Shown here piece by piece: positions 38,110 to 51,070 of a DNA stretch of 64,000 nucleotides (within the stretch, counting starts at the first letter, position 1; every line of letters begins with the position of its first letter). Origin of the DNA: Vicugna vicugna (lineage: Eukaryota); contig MU058669.1 of assembly GCA_013265495.1 (NCBI GenBank), positions 354,056 through 418,055 of the forward strand, written 5' to 3'. Below the pieces are notes generated by a model. It searched no databases, had not been told where the DNA came from, and worked only from the letters and a program-made list of their open reading frames with translations. A program made the position numbers and the translations under genes.

Positions 38110-38550
38110 CCCTGGGGGATCTAATTTTCCAGCTCGGCGTAGGGTACATTTTCTAAATGTGCCCCTGTTTCTGTTATGAGAATCAAAGTGCTCCAACCGC
38201 AAGATCATAAATACTCAAAAGTGACGGCTAATGGCGGTGGCAGTTTGCAAAATGCCAAATGGCAGCGAGAAGTGGACGCCATAAATTACAGCCTGACTCC
38301 TCCATTCTCGCCGAGGTGTTTTGTGGGTTTTTAGTGATGAGCTCTGCTTTCAAGTGGATTTACAGGGGCTCCCCGTGAATTCAGGCAGAGCTTTTAAAAA
38401 TACTTCTAACAGATGCTAAAAAGAAAACGAGAAGAGTCTACCACTTCAAGCCTAAAAACAAGTTTATTAAAAATGTGTTTAATGCATAATGGCCAAAATA
38501 TGGAAAGTGGCTCATTCGAAGATGGAGACATTTAGTGTGAAAGCACTAAT
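38110..38550. promoter_or_regulatory. Candidate developmental enhancer / conserved non-coding element
   Basis: Repeat-free with locally retained CpGs; ATCAAAG 38182 (TCF/LEF), TCATAAA 38205 and GCCATAAA 38278 (posterior HOX/CDX type). Confidence 0.5.
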
Positions 38551-38554
38551 GACT

Positions 38555-38790
38555 GTCATAACAGTAACAAGGACAGCTAAGATGTGCTGGGTCAGGCAGT
38601 GGGTGAAGCAACTTACACGGGTTATTTCATTGAATTCTCACAGTCGCTCCACATGGTAGGTCTACGGCTGTCATTATTTTACACGTGATAATTCAGGTTC
38701 CAAGAGGTTAAGCCATTTGTCCCAGTCACGCAGCGAGCTGGTGAGTGAGAGACTGGAGCCGTGAACGCAAGGGATCTAGCTTCAGAGCTC
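38555..38790 (-). mobile_element. MIR SINE
   Basis: ttatttcattgaattctcaca...caggttccaagaggttaagccatttgtcccagtcacgcagc. Confidence 0.8.
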
Positions 38791-39897
38791 AGGACCCAGA
38801 TGGCACTGCGAGTCCCCCTCCAGTCACAGCAGACCTCGGAGCACATCGAGGGCTCGCAAGCCTCAGCCAACATCACCGTGCACTCAGAGAGGTCTGCGGA
38901 CTACGAAAATGCCAAACTGTGGGACCCTGTCATCAACACAACAAATAACTTTTAGAAACCACAAAGGATCCCTGTTTAGGAAACCGAACTTCGAGGCCTG
39001 AATTTTTAGCCTCAGTTCCTTTATCAATAAATTGAGGGCTGTATGAACTTCTGGCTGGTAGAAAAACTTGTGAGATCACATATGTGAAAACCTCCTTGAA
39101 AACCCCAAGGCACTATACAAATAGCACTGTTAATGAAGACACCAAGATAAAATTTATTAAGTCGAGCACTAACATGTGATCTTGCAGATCCCCTTTACAG
39201 AGGCAGGGACTGGGCTTCAGAGAGATGAGATAACTTGCTCAGGGTGACAGAATCAAGAGGCAGTGGCTCAGTCACAACAGAGCATCTGGAGGGCCATTTG
39301 TTCCTCCCGTTCTCAATGCCACCCTCAGTCCCCAGCGCGCGCACGCACACACACACACACACCACAGGGCTCCAGAAAACACAGTTTGAGAACTCCTGGG
39401 GCAGTCACCTCCAGAAGTACTGCCTTCCCGCCCCCGCTCCCCAGCACTGAAGCTCAGGTCAGTGTTCCTGTCTCCAGATGGCAGTTCTGCAAAGAGCACG
39501 GCCTGAGGACAGGTGTCCCAGCAGCATCAGAAACAGTCCATCTGTGCTGCCCTAAGCACAGTGGGTACAGCTGCTGCTGGGGCCCACGCCCCGCGGAGGG
39601 AACCCACGGACTCACTAAGACAGAAAGGCCCCCCATTTCATGCTCATCTGGTTCACCTGCAGCTGGGCGGGGACATTTCTGATGAGCATGAGGAGAGAAG
39701 CGGGCCCGTGCTGGGCTGTGTGCAGCCCGGTGCCACCGCCAGCTGTCTGAGGAAATGTCTCCAGGTTCTGTGCCCTACCACGAATTTCTTTCCTTTGGGA
39801 ACTATCCCACTTTTTCACAAAATTCTATGCATCAGACCATTTCCCTCAGGCCCTGTTTCCTCTATTTTCTGACTTCCATAAAGCTATTGAAAGGAAA

Positions 39898-40080
39898 GTT
39901 ACAGAATCATAGAATCTCAGAGCTCAGAGGACCTCAGGTCCTAAGGGCTATCTACCTGAACCTCCCAGCCCTACTCCTTCCTCCCATCTGGCACTCAGGT
40001 CCTCTCTAGAGCATTCCTGCCCAAGGACCATCAGTCTCTGCTTGAATACCTCCAAGGACAGGGAACACTCTACTCAACTG
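39898..40080 (-). mobile_element. L3/CR1 LINE 3' end
   Basis: agaatcatagaat is the reverse complement of the CR1 ATTCTRTG terminal repeat; cagtctctgcttgaatacctccaaggacaggga is the L3 antisense motif. Confidence 0.7.
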
Positions 40081-40139
40081 TTTCACATTCCGTCTACTGT
40101 CAGAATAACGTGGTGAGAGGTTAAGAGCACGGACCCTGC

Positions 40140-40312
40140 CCAGGACGGTTGACATACCTTGTGGAACCCTGGGCAAAATGAAAACTCAGGGACGCTTATT
40201 AAAAACTTAAGAATTTCAAGGTAGTGACAGCAGAGCAATGGACCAAGTGCAGGGCCCATCTAAGCAGGGGGCCTGGGTGACTGTCCCTGTCGCAGCCCCT
40301 GTGGCCTGAGCC
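40140..40312. mobile_element. MER45A-like hAT-Tip100 MITE nested in a MIR (~40105-40460)
   Basis: gcaaaatgaaaa...ttaagaatttcaaggtagtgacagcagagca...ccaagtgcagggccc. Confidence 0.8.
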
Positions 40313-40659
40313 TCAGGGCAGACTCCAAGATTTCTGGCCTGGACTAGCCTCATGCATAAAATGGAGGTAACAATATCTATTTCATAGACTTGTTTCTGAG
40401 GACGACATGAGTCACTATGACATGAAGTGCTTAGAACAAAGCCTGATACAGAGTTAACACCATTATTTTTGCACCCAAGTTACAACTACAAAAAAGATGT
40501 ACATGTAGCAATCTCCACGCCAGCCCTCTTGGAACCTGCAGACAGCTCTTCCAGCCTCGGAAGCCTTCCCTTCACCTGAGCAGAGCTGCTGGCTCCTGAC
40601 ACCACTACTGGCCACCGAGGCCACGGGTAGGAAAAATCACAGCCACCATCAAGGTGGGA

Positions 40660-40975
40660 GCAGGAGTGAGGAGAGGCTCTTTAAGAAAAAGAATACGAAA
40701 TTAAGGCATGTACACAATGTATGTTTTATACGCTGCTAGATGTAGTCCTAACTCAACTTTCTAACCGCAAGATCTTAAAAACACCTGTGGCCACCCCAGT
40801 GCCACTGGCCAAGGAGTCAGGTAAGAGAGACAGCTTGCTCAATGGGTGCAGTGAAACCATCTCACTTTTGCAAATTTGAAGACAACATATGACCCTGGAA
40901 CATGTTGTGAAGCCCCTCCCAGGGCCATGGAGGGAAGGGGCCTTGAGTCTTCATGGTAAACCTGATGCTGGCCAT
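40660..40975. mobile_element. MER115/Zaphod-like hAT-Tip100 fragment
   Basis: cttttgcaaatttg...catatgacc...gcccctcccagggcc...cttcatggtaaa. Confidence 0.6.
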
Positions 40976-41079
40976 TCCCGTAGCTCACGTCTGCATAAAA
41001 TACTCAGTAGAGAAGTAAATTGCCCAAGGAGCTAGCACAGTCACAAGCCCCGTTGAGTTTGACCCTTGAATGTCTCTTC

Positions 41080-41700
41080 AATGAGTCCACTTCCTTTCAT
41101 CATCCCCCGCCCGGGCTTCACGGCTCCCAGATGGCTGCCCCATTGGCAGCCTGGTCTCCTCCTGGACAGTCTCTAAAGAGCAGCTGCGGCGACCCAGGCA
41201 GAATGCAAACCCGAACACGTAAACCATCCAACGGCTTCCTGCTGCCATTGGGATAAAATCTAAACTCCTTACCACAGAGCACATCTTCCTTCCAATATCC
41301 TCCCAACCTTTCTGGTCCCAACTCTCACTGTTCAAACCTCCAAGGCCAAGCCCCAGTCAGACAAGCAGGACACTTCGTCTGGAATCCTCTCCTCACCCTC
41401 TACTCCAACCTGGCTAATTCATCCTTTGATATTCGCTTAAATGGCACTTCTCCTGAGAAGCTCTCCCTGGGCCCCCCAAAGCAAAGACAAATCTGGGTCT
41501 GGCACCTGCCATGTACACACACTGCACCCTCCACCTGCCCCATGAAAGCGTGTCCGTCACCTTTTTGCCCTACAGTACTTAACAGTCTGTCTCCTAACTA
41601 GGCTGCACGTGGCCCGAGGGAGGGCCTGTCTCGCCCGTGTTCCCAGGACTAGCACAGGGTCAGAAACAGGAGGTGCTCAACCGCACGTGCTGTCGAGTGA
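41080..41700 (+). mobile_element. L2 3' region
   Basis: aaaccatccaacggcttcc...ggataaaatctaaactcctta...cctggctaattc...ctagcacagggtcag...gtgctcaa. Confidence 0.75.
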
Positions 41701-42015
41701 GTAAGCATCTCAGAATGCCAAACACAGAGGGCCTTGGTGGAAAGGAGCGCTGGGGTGGCACTCTGAAGAGCCATGGTCCCATCCCAGCGCTGCTGCTAAC
41801 ATGCCGGACAACCCAGGGCAACACTCAGGCCTCTATCCTGCGTTCCGAGACCAGAGCTGACTCTGCAGTGCCACCAGCAGAGAGCCCACCTCTCCTGGCA
41901 GAGACGGCACGGCGAGGCCATATCCTTTCTGCTGAGTTTCCTCGGCACAGAAATCTTGCACGAGCAACCTGACTTCAGAGCCCTTCATTTATTATTCATT
42001 TATTTCCTTGTAATA

Positions 42016-42042
42016 CTGCTGCTGCTGCTGCTGCTGCTGCTG
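42016..42042. repeat. (CTG)9 trinucleotide microsatellite
   Basis: Nine perfect CTG units read directly. Confidence 0.97.
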
Positions 42043-42289
42043 CACACAAAGGACACGGCCTTGAAACAGGCTTCCCACCTGCACGCAGGCACTGATTCAC
42101 CCCGACCACGGCACATGGTGTCTGAGTTGCCTATTTCTGACAGCCTGACAAGCCCAGGATGCAAAGAGCCAAACTGGAGTCAAGACATCCTCTCTCCCAT
42201 TAATAATGCTTTTTAAACACTCCATGCATTTTCATTCTTATCATATCCTCTAAGATGTCTTACTTACATAACATTCCTTGGAGGGATGG

Positions 42290-43240
42290 AGCTCAGGGTT
42301 TATTATCTTCATTTTACAGATGAAGAAACTGAGGCCCAGAAAGGCTGAGTAACTTGTCCAAGGTCACAAAGCTCCTAAGCCACAGAGCTGATGAGAACCC
42401 AAGGGGGCAACTGACTCTACAGCCCACACTCTACTGTGCAGTATTCTCCTTTCAACCTTCTAAAGACATTTCTAAAAATGATTTTTAATATCCAGAACAC
42501 ATCTGTAAATTAATTTTTGTTCCCCAAGACAAACGAGCTTGAAAAATAGGAAGAAAAATGTGACAGGAAGTCAAAGTCACTTTACACTTAAAGAAATTAA
42601 CCATAGTCTGGTCTAGCTCCAGCCCTCCAGCCAGTGTTCCAGCAAGCCAGCTCTCTGTGGCCACAGGGCCCCTGTACTTGCTGTCCCTTCTGCCTGGAAC
42701 TCTTCTCCTGACTCCTACCTAGACTTCAAGGCACAGCTTGACCATCACTTCCTCACTGACACTTCCTCTAAACTTTCCCCTGACTCTCTTACATTAACCT
42801 ATGTATTTTCTCTCAGCAGTCATCATCATTATCTTATGTGTTTCCTTGCTTATTGTGTCTAATGTGTTTGCTTGTTTACAGTCTGTTCCTTCCACTAGAA
42901 TGTAAGCTTCCTGAAGGCAGGGAGTGGCTTTTGCACCAGAGTATCCCCATTCTATAGAACTATGCCTTGCACATAGCAGGTGCTTAGTAGTAAGTATGCT
43001 GAATAAATCAAAAAATCTTATTGGCATCTGAGCACTGTGACAGCCCACAGTATCTCATTTATAATAACCAAATTACATACAATACCCAAAAAGCCTTAAA
43101 ACAATCAAATAAAGGTAGAAGGACAGATAACAGCTTTCTATTTTTATTAAGATAAAAATAAGAGGCCCAGAGAAATTAAACAGCTTGCCTGAAGCCACAC
43201 AGCAATGAGAGATGGAGCTGGACCTTGAACCCGTCCATGA
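42290..43240. mobile_element. MIR (-, ~42290-42420), L2 3' end (+, ~42600-43010) and MIR (-, ~43130-43240)
   Basis: cattttacagatgaagaaactgaggcccaga; cactagaatgtaagcttcctgaaggcaggga...cacatagcaggtgcttagtagta. Confidence 0.8.
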
Positions 43241-44559
43241 CCTGGCTTAGTAATACTGTCAAATTTTATAAAAATCCCCTTAAAATATTTTTCCTTCAGT
43301 TTCTTCCCACTGCCTTAAAGACTCTCACAGGTCACTGTGTTGTTTGCTGAGCCCTCTGGCTCTCCCTCCCAGGAGGGCAGAAAGCCGCCCATGCCTGCAG
43401 CGTTTCCTTGAGCTGACACACTGCAAGGGAATGTGAATTAACAGGCTCTCTGGGGTGAAGTTAATCCACAACAGGAAGTATCCAGGATCCTGTGCAGAAA
43501 AGCTGATTGGCACAAAAACCTGGGTTTCTAGGATTCCTCAAAAGCAAGCATGCAAGTGCCAGAGGACTTATCTGTATCCCAGAGAGCTAAAAGGTGTAGA
43601 GGCAGAGATATGCCAGCAAGAAAGCTTCTATCACAACCATGACTAAGAGAACACGTGTAGGACCTTAAGATGGTGGACCAAGGTGCTGCCCCATTGTGGC
43701 CTTGTTCCTGCCAGGACAACGGGCTTCACCTTCATTCTAATAAGCCATGGTTAAAAAGATAAAACTCAAAAGTAAATTAATCAAAACCCAAACCGTACAG
43801 CTAATTAGGAAAGGAAAGTTGTCTCTCCACCCCTACACACTGGGAAAGCTGAGGCTGTCCAATTTCAAAGTCATCTAACCCGGCAGTTCCTTGACTTCTG
43901 ATTTTGATGGACTTGAAAGACTCACTCCATCCCAAATTGCTGGGAAGAGAACTAATGTTGTCAGCTCTGTGTTCTGTTCAATAAACACATTCAAACCAAC
44001 CGAGCGAGAAGACAGACAACCTATCGTCTGCTACCATTTCATAAAATAAAGGACATATTATATCAAGTTGGAAAGACATCCACTGGGGATCAGTAACACA
44101 GGGAACTTTTTGGTAAAACTCACTGCTCTATCCCCATTTTCTCTTTCATTTTACCTTGGACTGGTGAAAATGTTAACAACTGGAACAAGTCTATGGACCA
44201 GTGACTGGGAATTATAGGTCCAGCCCATCCCCCACATCTACAAATAAGGAAAAAGCAACCCCAAGGTTCACAAAGATGGTTAGCAACAGGCCCTCAGGAA
44301 GAACAGTAAGAGAGTGTATGAGGGGCTGACGTGGAGAAGTGCAGGTGTCTTAATCACACTAAAACAAAATCTCAACTCTGTTGGTATAGATGATTTAGTA
44401 AAAGGGAAAGATGTAAAGCCCCAGGGTTCATTAGGTGAACAGACCACCAAGACAGGAAAAATAAACCCCTTCCTCCCTTGGTTCTCTAGTGCTCACCAGA
44501 GAAAATGGGAACAAAAACTGACATAAGTGCAGTTAATCCCGCAGAAGAAACAATTTCTA

Positions 44560-45724
44560 ACAACCACAACATAAAATGTTTGAGACCCAACTTCCATTTC
44601 CAGAAGTATGGTGGACTAGATACAAAACAACCAAAAAGGTAGAATAAAAAGTAACAGCAGAAACAAAACATGTATTTTTAAATGTATTGGTAAGTCTGCA
44701 AGAAGATAAGAAATAATCAGAAACCAAAAGCCAAATGAAAATAGGAACCCAAAGTGAGAAGAGAATTAAAACGGGCTTTTGTCTGAGGATACTAACTAAA
44801 CCAGGTTTAATGCCAATGTTGATTCGCACATCCTCTTCAACACAGGACACAGAAGACAAAGCCAGTGTCCACATCAGGTTGGAGAGGGGTCCACTCTATG
44901 TCAGCAATCACATACAGCTGGGACTCCCTGCATCCTCAGTACACAAGTAAACTAGAAATAAACCCATCTCACCAGAAAACTGGCTCAAATTTGGGCAATG
45001 GGGAAATGGGGTAGGAGAGAATCTCTCTTGAGACTTTCTTAACCACAAGCCAGTCCTGGTACAAGTTTGAGGTCCGTAATCAGAAACTTGTGAGGTACGA
45101 AAAACTTCAAACTTGAGAATTTAGTATAAAGTGAACCCACCACATACGTGGCAGAATCAAAGACCAGTCTTCACTGGAGGAACACACCTTCAAAATCGCC
45201 ACAAAAAAAGTTCCAAGAAATATAAATCTGTGGTAAAACAAACAAACAAACATAAAACACATAAAGAAATGAGGTACCAGAAAAGCAGCAAAAGAAACAC
45301 AGCAAAGTTAGACCCACAAAAAAACTCTAAAATTATCAGACACAGAATGTGCTTAGCGTGCTTTAATAAATAAAAAGGATTTAAAATACTGAAAAACAAC
45401 AAGTGATTATGAAAAAGAACAAGCAGATTTGCAAAAGGTCCAAATACAACTTTTAAAACTATACTAATAAAAAATTTAAAAAAAAAACCTGCATGGGTAG
45501 GAAAAACAGTAGCCTAACTATAGCTCAAATAGGTAATTAACTGGAAGAAAATTCCAAGGCATTCAGAATGCAACACAAAAGGGGAAAAAAAGGAAGACAT
45601 GCAAGAAGTTAAGCGACATAGAAGATAGAGTAGAAAAGTTTAAAAAAATGTCAAGTTCCAGTAGGAAAGGAAAGAGAAAATGGGGCAATGGAAATACTAA
45701 AGAAATGATGGCTGAGAAATTTTC
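44560..45724 (+). mobile_element. Old L1M 5' UTR/ORF1 remnant (outer element; resumes ~48435-49110)
   Basis: Lys/Glu-rich A-rich degenerate ORF1 ending aaagaaatgatggctgagaaattttc; continues cacatcatagtgaaactgcagaacatcaaa...atcttaaaagtagccagagaaaa. Confidence 0.7.
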
Positions 45725-45925
45725 TGAAAAAAGACAAGGATGTCCAGTCTTGCCACTTTCATTCAGTGTTGCACTGGGGATTCTAGCCTCTAGATTGGAA
45801 AGATGTGTAAAGGACATGATTGTCAATATAGAAAATTAGATGGAATCTACACAAAAAGTTATTAGAGTAAGTGAGTTTAGCAAGTTTGCAGGAGATGATA
45901 TCAATGTACTAAAACACAAATTGCA

Positions 45926-46320
45926 GGGGGGAGGGATAAATTAGGAGTTTGGGATTAGCAGATATAAACTACTGTATACAAAAGAGATAAACAACAAGGT
46001 CTTACTGCATAGCAACGGGAACTACAGTCAATAGCTTGTAATAATCTATACTGAAATAGAATATATATATATATTAAATATATTAAATATTTATTAAATA
46101 TATATATTAAAAACTTTAAATTTATTAAATATATATATTAAAAATATATATATTAAATATATATATTAAAAACATTAAATATATATTAAAAATTAAATAT
46201 ATATATTAAATATATTAAATATATATATTAAAAACTGAACGACTCTGCTGTACACCAAAAAATAACCCAACACTGTAAATCAACTATACTTCAAACAAAC
46301 AAACAAATAAATAAATAATA
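45926..46320 (+). mobile_element. Cetartiodactyl-type young L1 3' UTR with an expanded AT repeat
   Basis: ggagggataaattaggagtttgggattagcagatataaactact...ctgctgtacacc...aatcaactatacttcaa with an (AAAC/AAAT)n tail; short flanking repeat ATTGCA. Confidence 0.92.
46062..46232. repeat. Low-complexity AT-rich tandem repeat ((AT)n with ATTAAA units)
   Basis: Almost pure A/T, with repeated tatatattaaa units. Confidence 0.95.
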
Positions 46321-47539
46321 TTGCAAAGTGGGCAAACATTAAAAAAATTATATTTCAAAATATTGGCAATGAAGTACCAGAAACTGAAATTTTTAAAACA
46401 ACATTTATGAGAAGATTAGAAATTACCAAATCCTATGGATAAATCTGGAAAAGATACAAAGCCTGAAAATTACAAAACATTGTTAAAGTAAATAAAAACT
46501 TAATGAAAAAAGCTATACAAAATACATTTGTCAAAAGAATAACTATTGATAAGATATCCCTTTTTTCAAACTGACCAATGGATCCAACATAACCCCAGTA
46601 AAAATCCCAGCAGGCTCTTTTATCATAATTGGCAAACCAATTCTAAAACTCATCTGCAAATGTAAAACACCTAGAATAGCCAAAACAACTTTGGAAAAGA
46701 ACAAAGATGACTAACACCTAATTTCAAGACATATTAAAAAGGGACAGTAATCGAGACAGTGTGGTATTGGCACAAAGGAAAACAAGTGGATCAGTGAGGC
46801 AGAATAGAGGGCACTGATACAGGTCCACATATATGGACAACTGATTTTTAACAAAGATGCAAATGCAATTAAGTGGAGAAATGATAGTCTACTCAACTAG
46901 ATATCAATATGTGAAAAAAACAAAAGAATAACTTTACACTACATACAAAATTAACTCAAAAATGGATCACAAATCTGAATGTAAAATCTGAAATTATAAA
47001 ACTTCTAGAAAGAAACATAAGGGAAAAAAAACCTTGTGACTTTGGGTTAGGCAAATATTTCTTAGATATGACACCAAAAGCATGATACATAAAGAAACAA
47101 ACTAATAAACTACATCAAGATTAAAAATTTGTTTTTGAAAAGCAACTGTTAAGAAAATAAAAACATAAGCCACAGACTGGGGTAAATACTACAAAGTATA
47201 TATCTAATAAAGAATTTGTATCCAGAATATAAAGAACTTTCAAAATTCAATAATAAGAAACCAAATAACCCAATTTTTAAAGAACTGGCAAAAGATACGG
47301 ACACATTACAAAGAAGATATACACAGGGCAGATCAGCACATGAAAAGATGCTCAACATCACTGGTCATCAGAGAAATACAAATTGAAATCACAATGAGAT
47401 AACACTACACACGTATTAGAATGGCAAAAATTGAAAAGATCATATTAAGTGTTGGTAGGGATGTGGAGAAATTGAAATTCTCAAATACTGCTGCTGGGAA
47501 TGTAAAATGGTACCTCCACAATTTTTAAGAAGTTAAATA

Positions 47540-47834
47540 CAGCAGACCCCTGAGGATCTGTGGGGAATTGGTTTCAGGATCCCCCAAGGATATTAAAATC
47601 CATGGATGTTCAAGTTCCTCATATAAAATGGTGTAGCAGCCTCTCATATACTTTAAATCATCTCTATATTACTTCTAACACCTAATACAATGTAAAGGCT
47701 ACGTGAATAGTTGCCAGCCAGAGGCAAATTCAAGTTTTACTATTTGGAACTTGCTGGAATTAAAAAATACATATTTTCAAAACAGCTGGTTGAATCTATA
47801 GATGCAGCACCCATGGATATGGGGGGGCTGAATG
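47540..47834. mobile_element. MER2-like TcMar-Tigger MITE
   Basis: TA on both sides (47538-39, 47835-36); ctgtggggaattggtttcaggatccc...aaaatccatggatgttcaagt...tactttaaatcatctcta...ggttgaatc...cccatggata. Confidence 0.9.
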
Positions 47835-49255
47835 TATACAACCTAACATATAATCCAGCCATTCCACTCCTACATACATATTTACCTAAGAGAAATAAAA
47901 GCATATGCCTACACAAAGACTTGAACATTAATGTTCACAAAAACTCTGTAGTAGCCTCAAAGTAGAAACAACCCAAATATCCACCAACAGATAAATAGAT
48001 AAATAAACAGTGACATATCCATACAAAGGAATATTACTGACCATTAAAAAGGGAACAAGCTGTTACACATGTTACAGTAAGGATGAATCTAAGAATAATC
48101 ATGCTTAATGAAAGAAGCCAGCTTGAAAAAAAAAAGTACATACTGTATGACTCTATTTGTATAAAATTCTATAAAATACAAACTAGTCTACAATGACAGA
48201 AAGCAGATCAGTGGTTGCCTAGGGAACAGAGGAGGATGGAAAGGACAGGATGGCGGGGTTGCAAATACAAAGGGACACAGGAAACTTTGGGAGGTGATGG
48301 ATATGTTCATTATCTTGATGTGGTGGTAGTTTCATCAGTATATACACATGTCAAAAACTTAGCAAATTATACATTTTAAACGTGCGATTTACTCTATGCC
48401 AATTATACCTCAATAAGGCAGTTTCTAAAAATCCACATCATAGTGAAACTGCAGAACATCAAAAAGAGATATCTTAAAAGTAGCCAGAGAAAAGACAGAT
48501 TTAAAGTAATAATCATTATATGACCCCTGACTTCTCGACAGCTATAAAAGAATCAAGAAGTCAGTAGAATAATGTATTAAATATTTGAGAGTAAACAATT
48601 GTCAAACTAGAACTGTATACCCATTTAGAACAGGGGTAAAATAGATATTCTCAAGCAAACCCTAGAGTTTGCTATCAGGAGACCCTCACTTAGAGAAATT
48701 TAAAAGAATATGCTTCAGGTAGAAGGAAAGTGATTCCATTTGGAAGTCTTGCATAAAACAATTAAGAGTACAGTCTTACTGAATTAGAAATAATAACTCA
48801 AGATACAAGACTACAATAGCATGTAAGTCAGAAGAAGAAAGGGTGACCAAAGTTGAAGGATTCACTAAGTTCATTGTATTGGCTGGGAGTAGGATAAGTA
48901 TATTGATTAATTTTAGACTCAAGAATACAGGTTAAAATTTCTTGCTTTACTATTCAAAGTGTAGAAACAGAAAACTGAACTTTCTTAGTAGAAAAGAAAA
49001 AAGGTAAAATGGAGGGGGACTGAAAAGGAGAGAAAGGAGACGGAAAATAACATAAAAAGGTGAGACAAAAAGAAAGCCCAGAAGATGGAAGAAATAATTC
49101 TCCACTACAATGTGAACTTGTTGTGGACAGAGGCTCTGTTATGTTGCCCACTGTATCTTTAGTGCCTACCATAGGCACTATGAGATACTATGATAAATAT
49201 CAGATGACTGGGAGTTTGCTGAGTGAGTAAATAAATGTTTAGATGGATGGATGGC

Positions 49256-49950
49256 TGTGGTATAATAAATATATTTGGTCTTTGTCCCAGGTTCCTGGCA
49301 CAAAGCCCCTAAAACCCTTGGAATTTCCGGATAGGAGTGTCCTTTGTCATTCATAAGAAGCCCTTCTGAGTACACTTAAGCTTATGCTGATGATGTGACT
49401 TAGGGTAGGGGGACCGTAGCCCTAAGATGGGATGGTTCAATAGAAGGACCACCCATGGACCTCCAGGAAGCGGGGAAGGGGGTGTTGCACATTAAGCTCT
49501 ACCAAAACTCTTGAAAAAGGAGATGTGATGAGTTTCTGAGGGTTGGTAAACATGAAAAGAGGGTGACACACCCCAGTTCCTCTCAGGACCCTTTGAAATC
49601 TCACCCCATGTACCTCTTCATCTGGCTGTTCATCTGTATCCTTTATAATACCCTTTATAATCAACTGGTAAACATTTCTCTGAGTTTTGTGAGCTGCTCC
49701 AGCAAATTAATTGAATCCAAGGAAGGGGCTGTAGGAACCTCTGATTTATAGCCAATCAGAAGCACAGGTGACAATTTGGACTTGTGCCTGGCCTCTGAAA
49801 TGGGGGTTGTATTGCAGGACTGAGCCCTATACTTGTGGGATCTGACACTAACTCTGGGTAGAAAAGTGTCATAATGGAGTTCAATGTGTAGGCAACCAGT
49901 CAGTGCCATTAAGCATTGGAGAATTGCTGGGCGGTATTGGACAAAACACA
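49256..49950 (+). mobile_element. MER21-like solo LTR inserted in an L2 tail
   Basis: tatatttggtctttgtcccaggttcctggcacaaagcccctaaaacccttggaatttcc...cctcttcatctggctgttcatctgtatcctt...ctctgagttttgtgagctgctccagcaaattaattgaa; GAAT/GGAT-rich L2 tail on both sides. Confidence 0.9.
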
Positions 49951-50844
49951 TTTGAATGGTAGATGAATGGATATGGCTGACTGAATGAAGCTGAATGAAT
50001 AAAGAAATGTATGAATAATATAAAACTTCATTTTGGCCCAAAGTTTCAGCCTTCTCCAGGCACCCAGGCACCACTTCATTTATCAGAATTAGCCAACAAA
50101 TTACAGACAGGACAAATTGAGTTTCTCTCTTTTTCCCTGGCCACTTCCTGGGAGCAATGAAGTATGCAAGATACAGATGGACGAAGAAGAAGGAGGCAGC
50201 AAGGGACTGGGTCAAATTAATCACAGATTACAGAAAAGTTGATAGAATGGAAAATTATATATACATGGAAGGTAGCTTCCAGTTTTGAACTACGTATTTA
50301 ATCCCTTCAGGTTCATTTCTATGGCTAATGCCCTAGTTGGGGTCCTCAATACCTACAGTAGGGACCATAAAGTCTTTAATGTTTTCTGTCTCTCTTCTAC
50401 TTCCTTGTCCATCTACACTTCATCACATCATGATACACAGCCACCATGAGGTCACTAACCCCCACCCTCCTGCTCAAATGCATCAATGGATCACAACTGC
50501 CTTCTGGAATCAAATTCAAATTTCTTAGCCTGATTTTCTAGGCACCTTAAGAGCTGATTTTCATCACCCTTTCTCTCATCATTCTCCCTGAATACTAGGC
50601 TTTAGTCAATAGATCCCATGGCTGTTCTACCTCTGCATCCTGGCTTATGCTGTTCCCTTCAACTGTCATTCCCCTCTGCCATCTTTGTTACTGAAGTTGT
50701 GTACACTCTTTGAGGCCCAAATCAAATGTTAACTCCTCCATGGTGCTTTCTGGTACAGAGCCAAAAATACATTTTTTCACTTATAACACTTTGTTTATAA
50801 CTCTTTTATGGTCCTTAACACATCCTATCATATGCTCTATTTGT

Positions 50845-51070
50845 GAGACAATTTAGTCTAAAGGTTAAGTACACGGACTTTGGAGTCAGAAAGACTCGGG
50901 ACTGAATCCAGGTCTGCCGTGTCCCAGCTGTATAAACTAGAGAAGTTTCTTAACTTTTCTAAGCCTCAGTTTCTTCATCTGCAAAATGGGGAAAATCTGT
51001 ATCAGAAGACTGCTCTGAAGGTTGAATGAGATTGTGCCAATAAAGCATATACTATATGCATTAATTATTA
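50845..51070 (+). mobile_element. MIR SINE within L2 remnants (~50430-51180)
   Basis: ggactttggagtcagaaagac...ctaagcctcagtttcttcatctgcaaaatgggg. Confidence 0.88.

Larger units (their letters stand above)
45725..48432 (+). mobile_element. L1MB-type ORF2 3' part and 3' UTR inserted into an older L1
   Basis: ORF track KRQGCPVLPLSFSVALGILA is the L1 RT GTRQGCPLSP motif; ORF2 C-terminal homology; ends ccaattatacctcaataagg. Confidence 0.9.

Noticed and set aside
49661..50224. 187-aa ORF on the - strand
   Set aside because: About half of it is antisense MER21 LTR and L2 tail.
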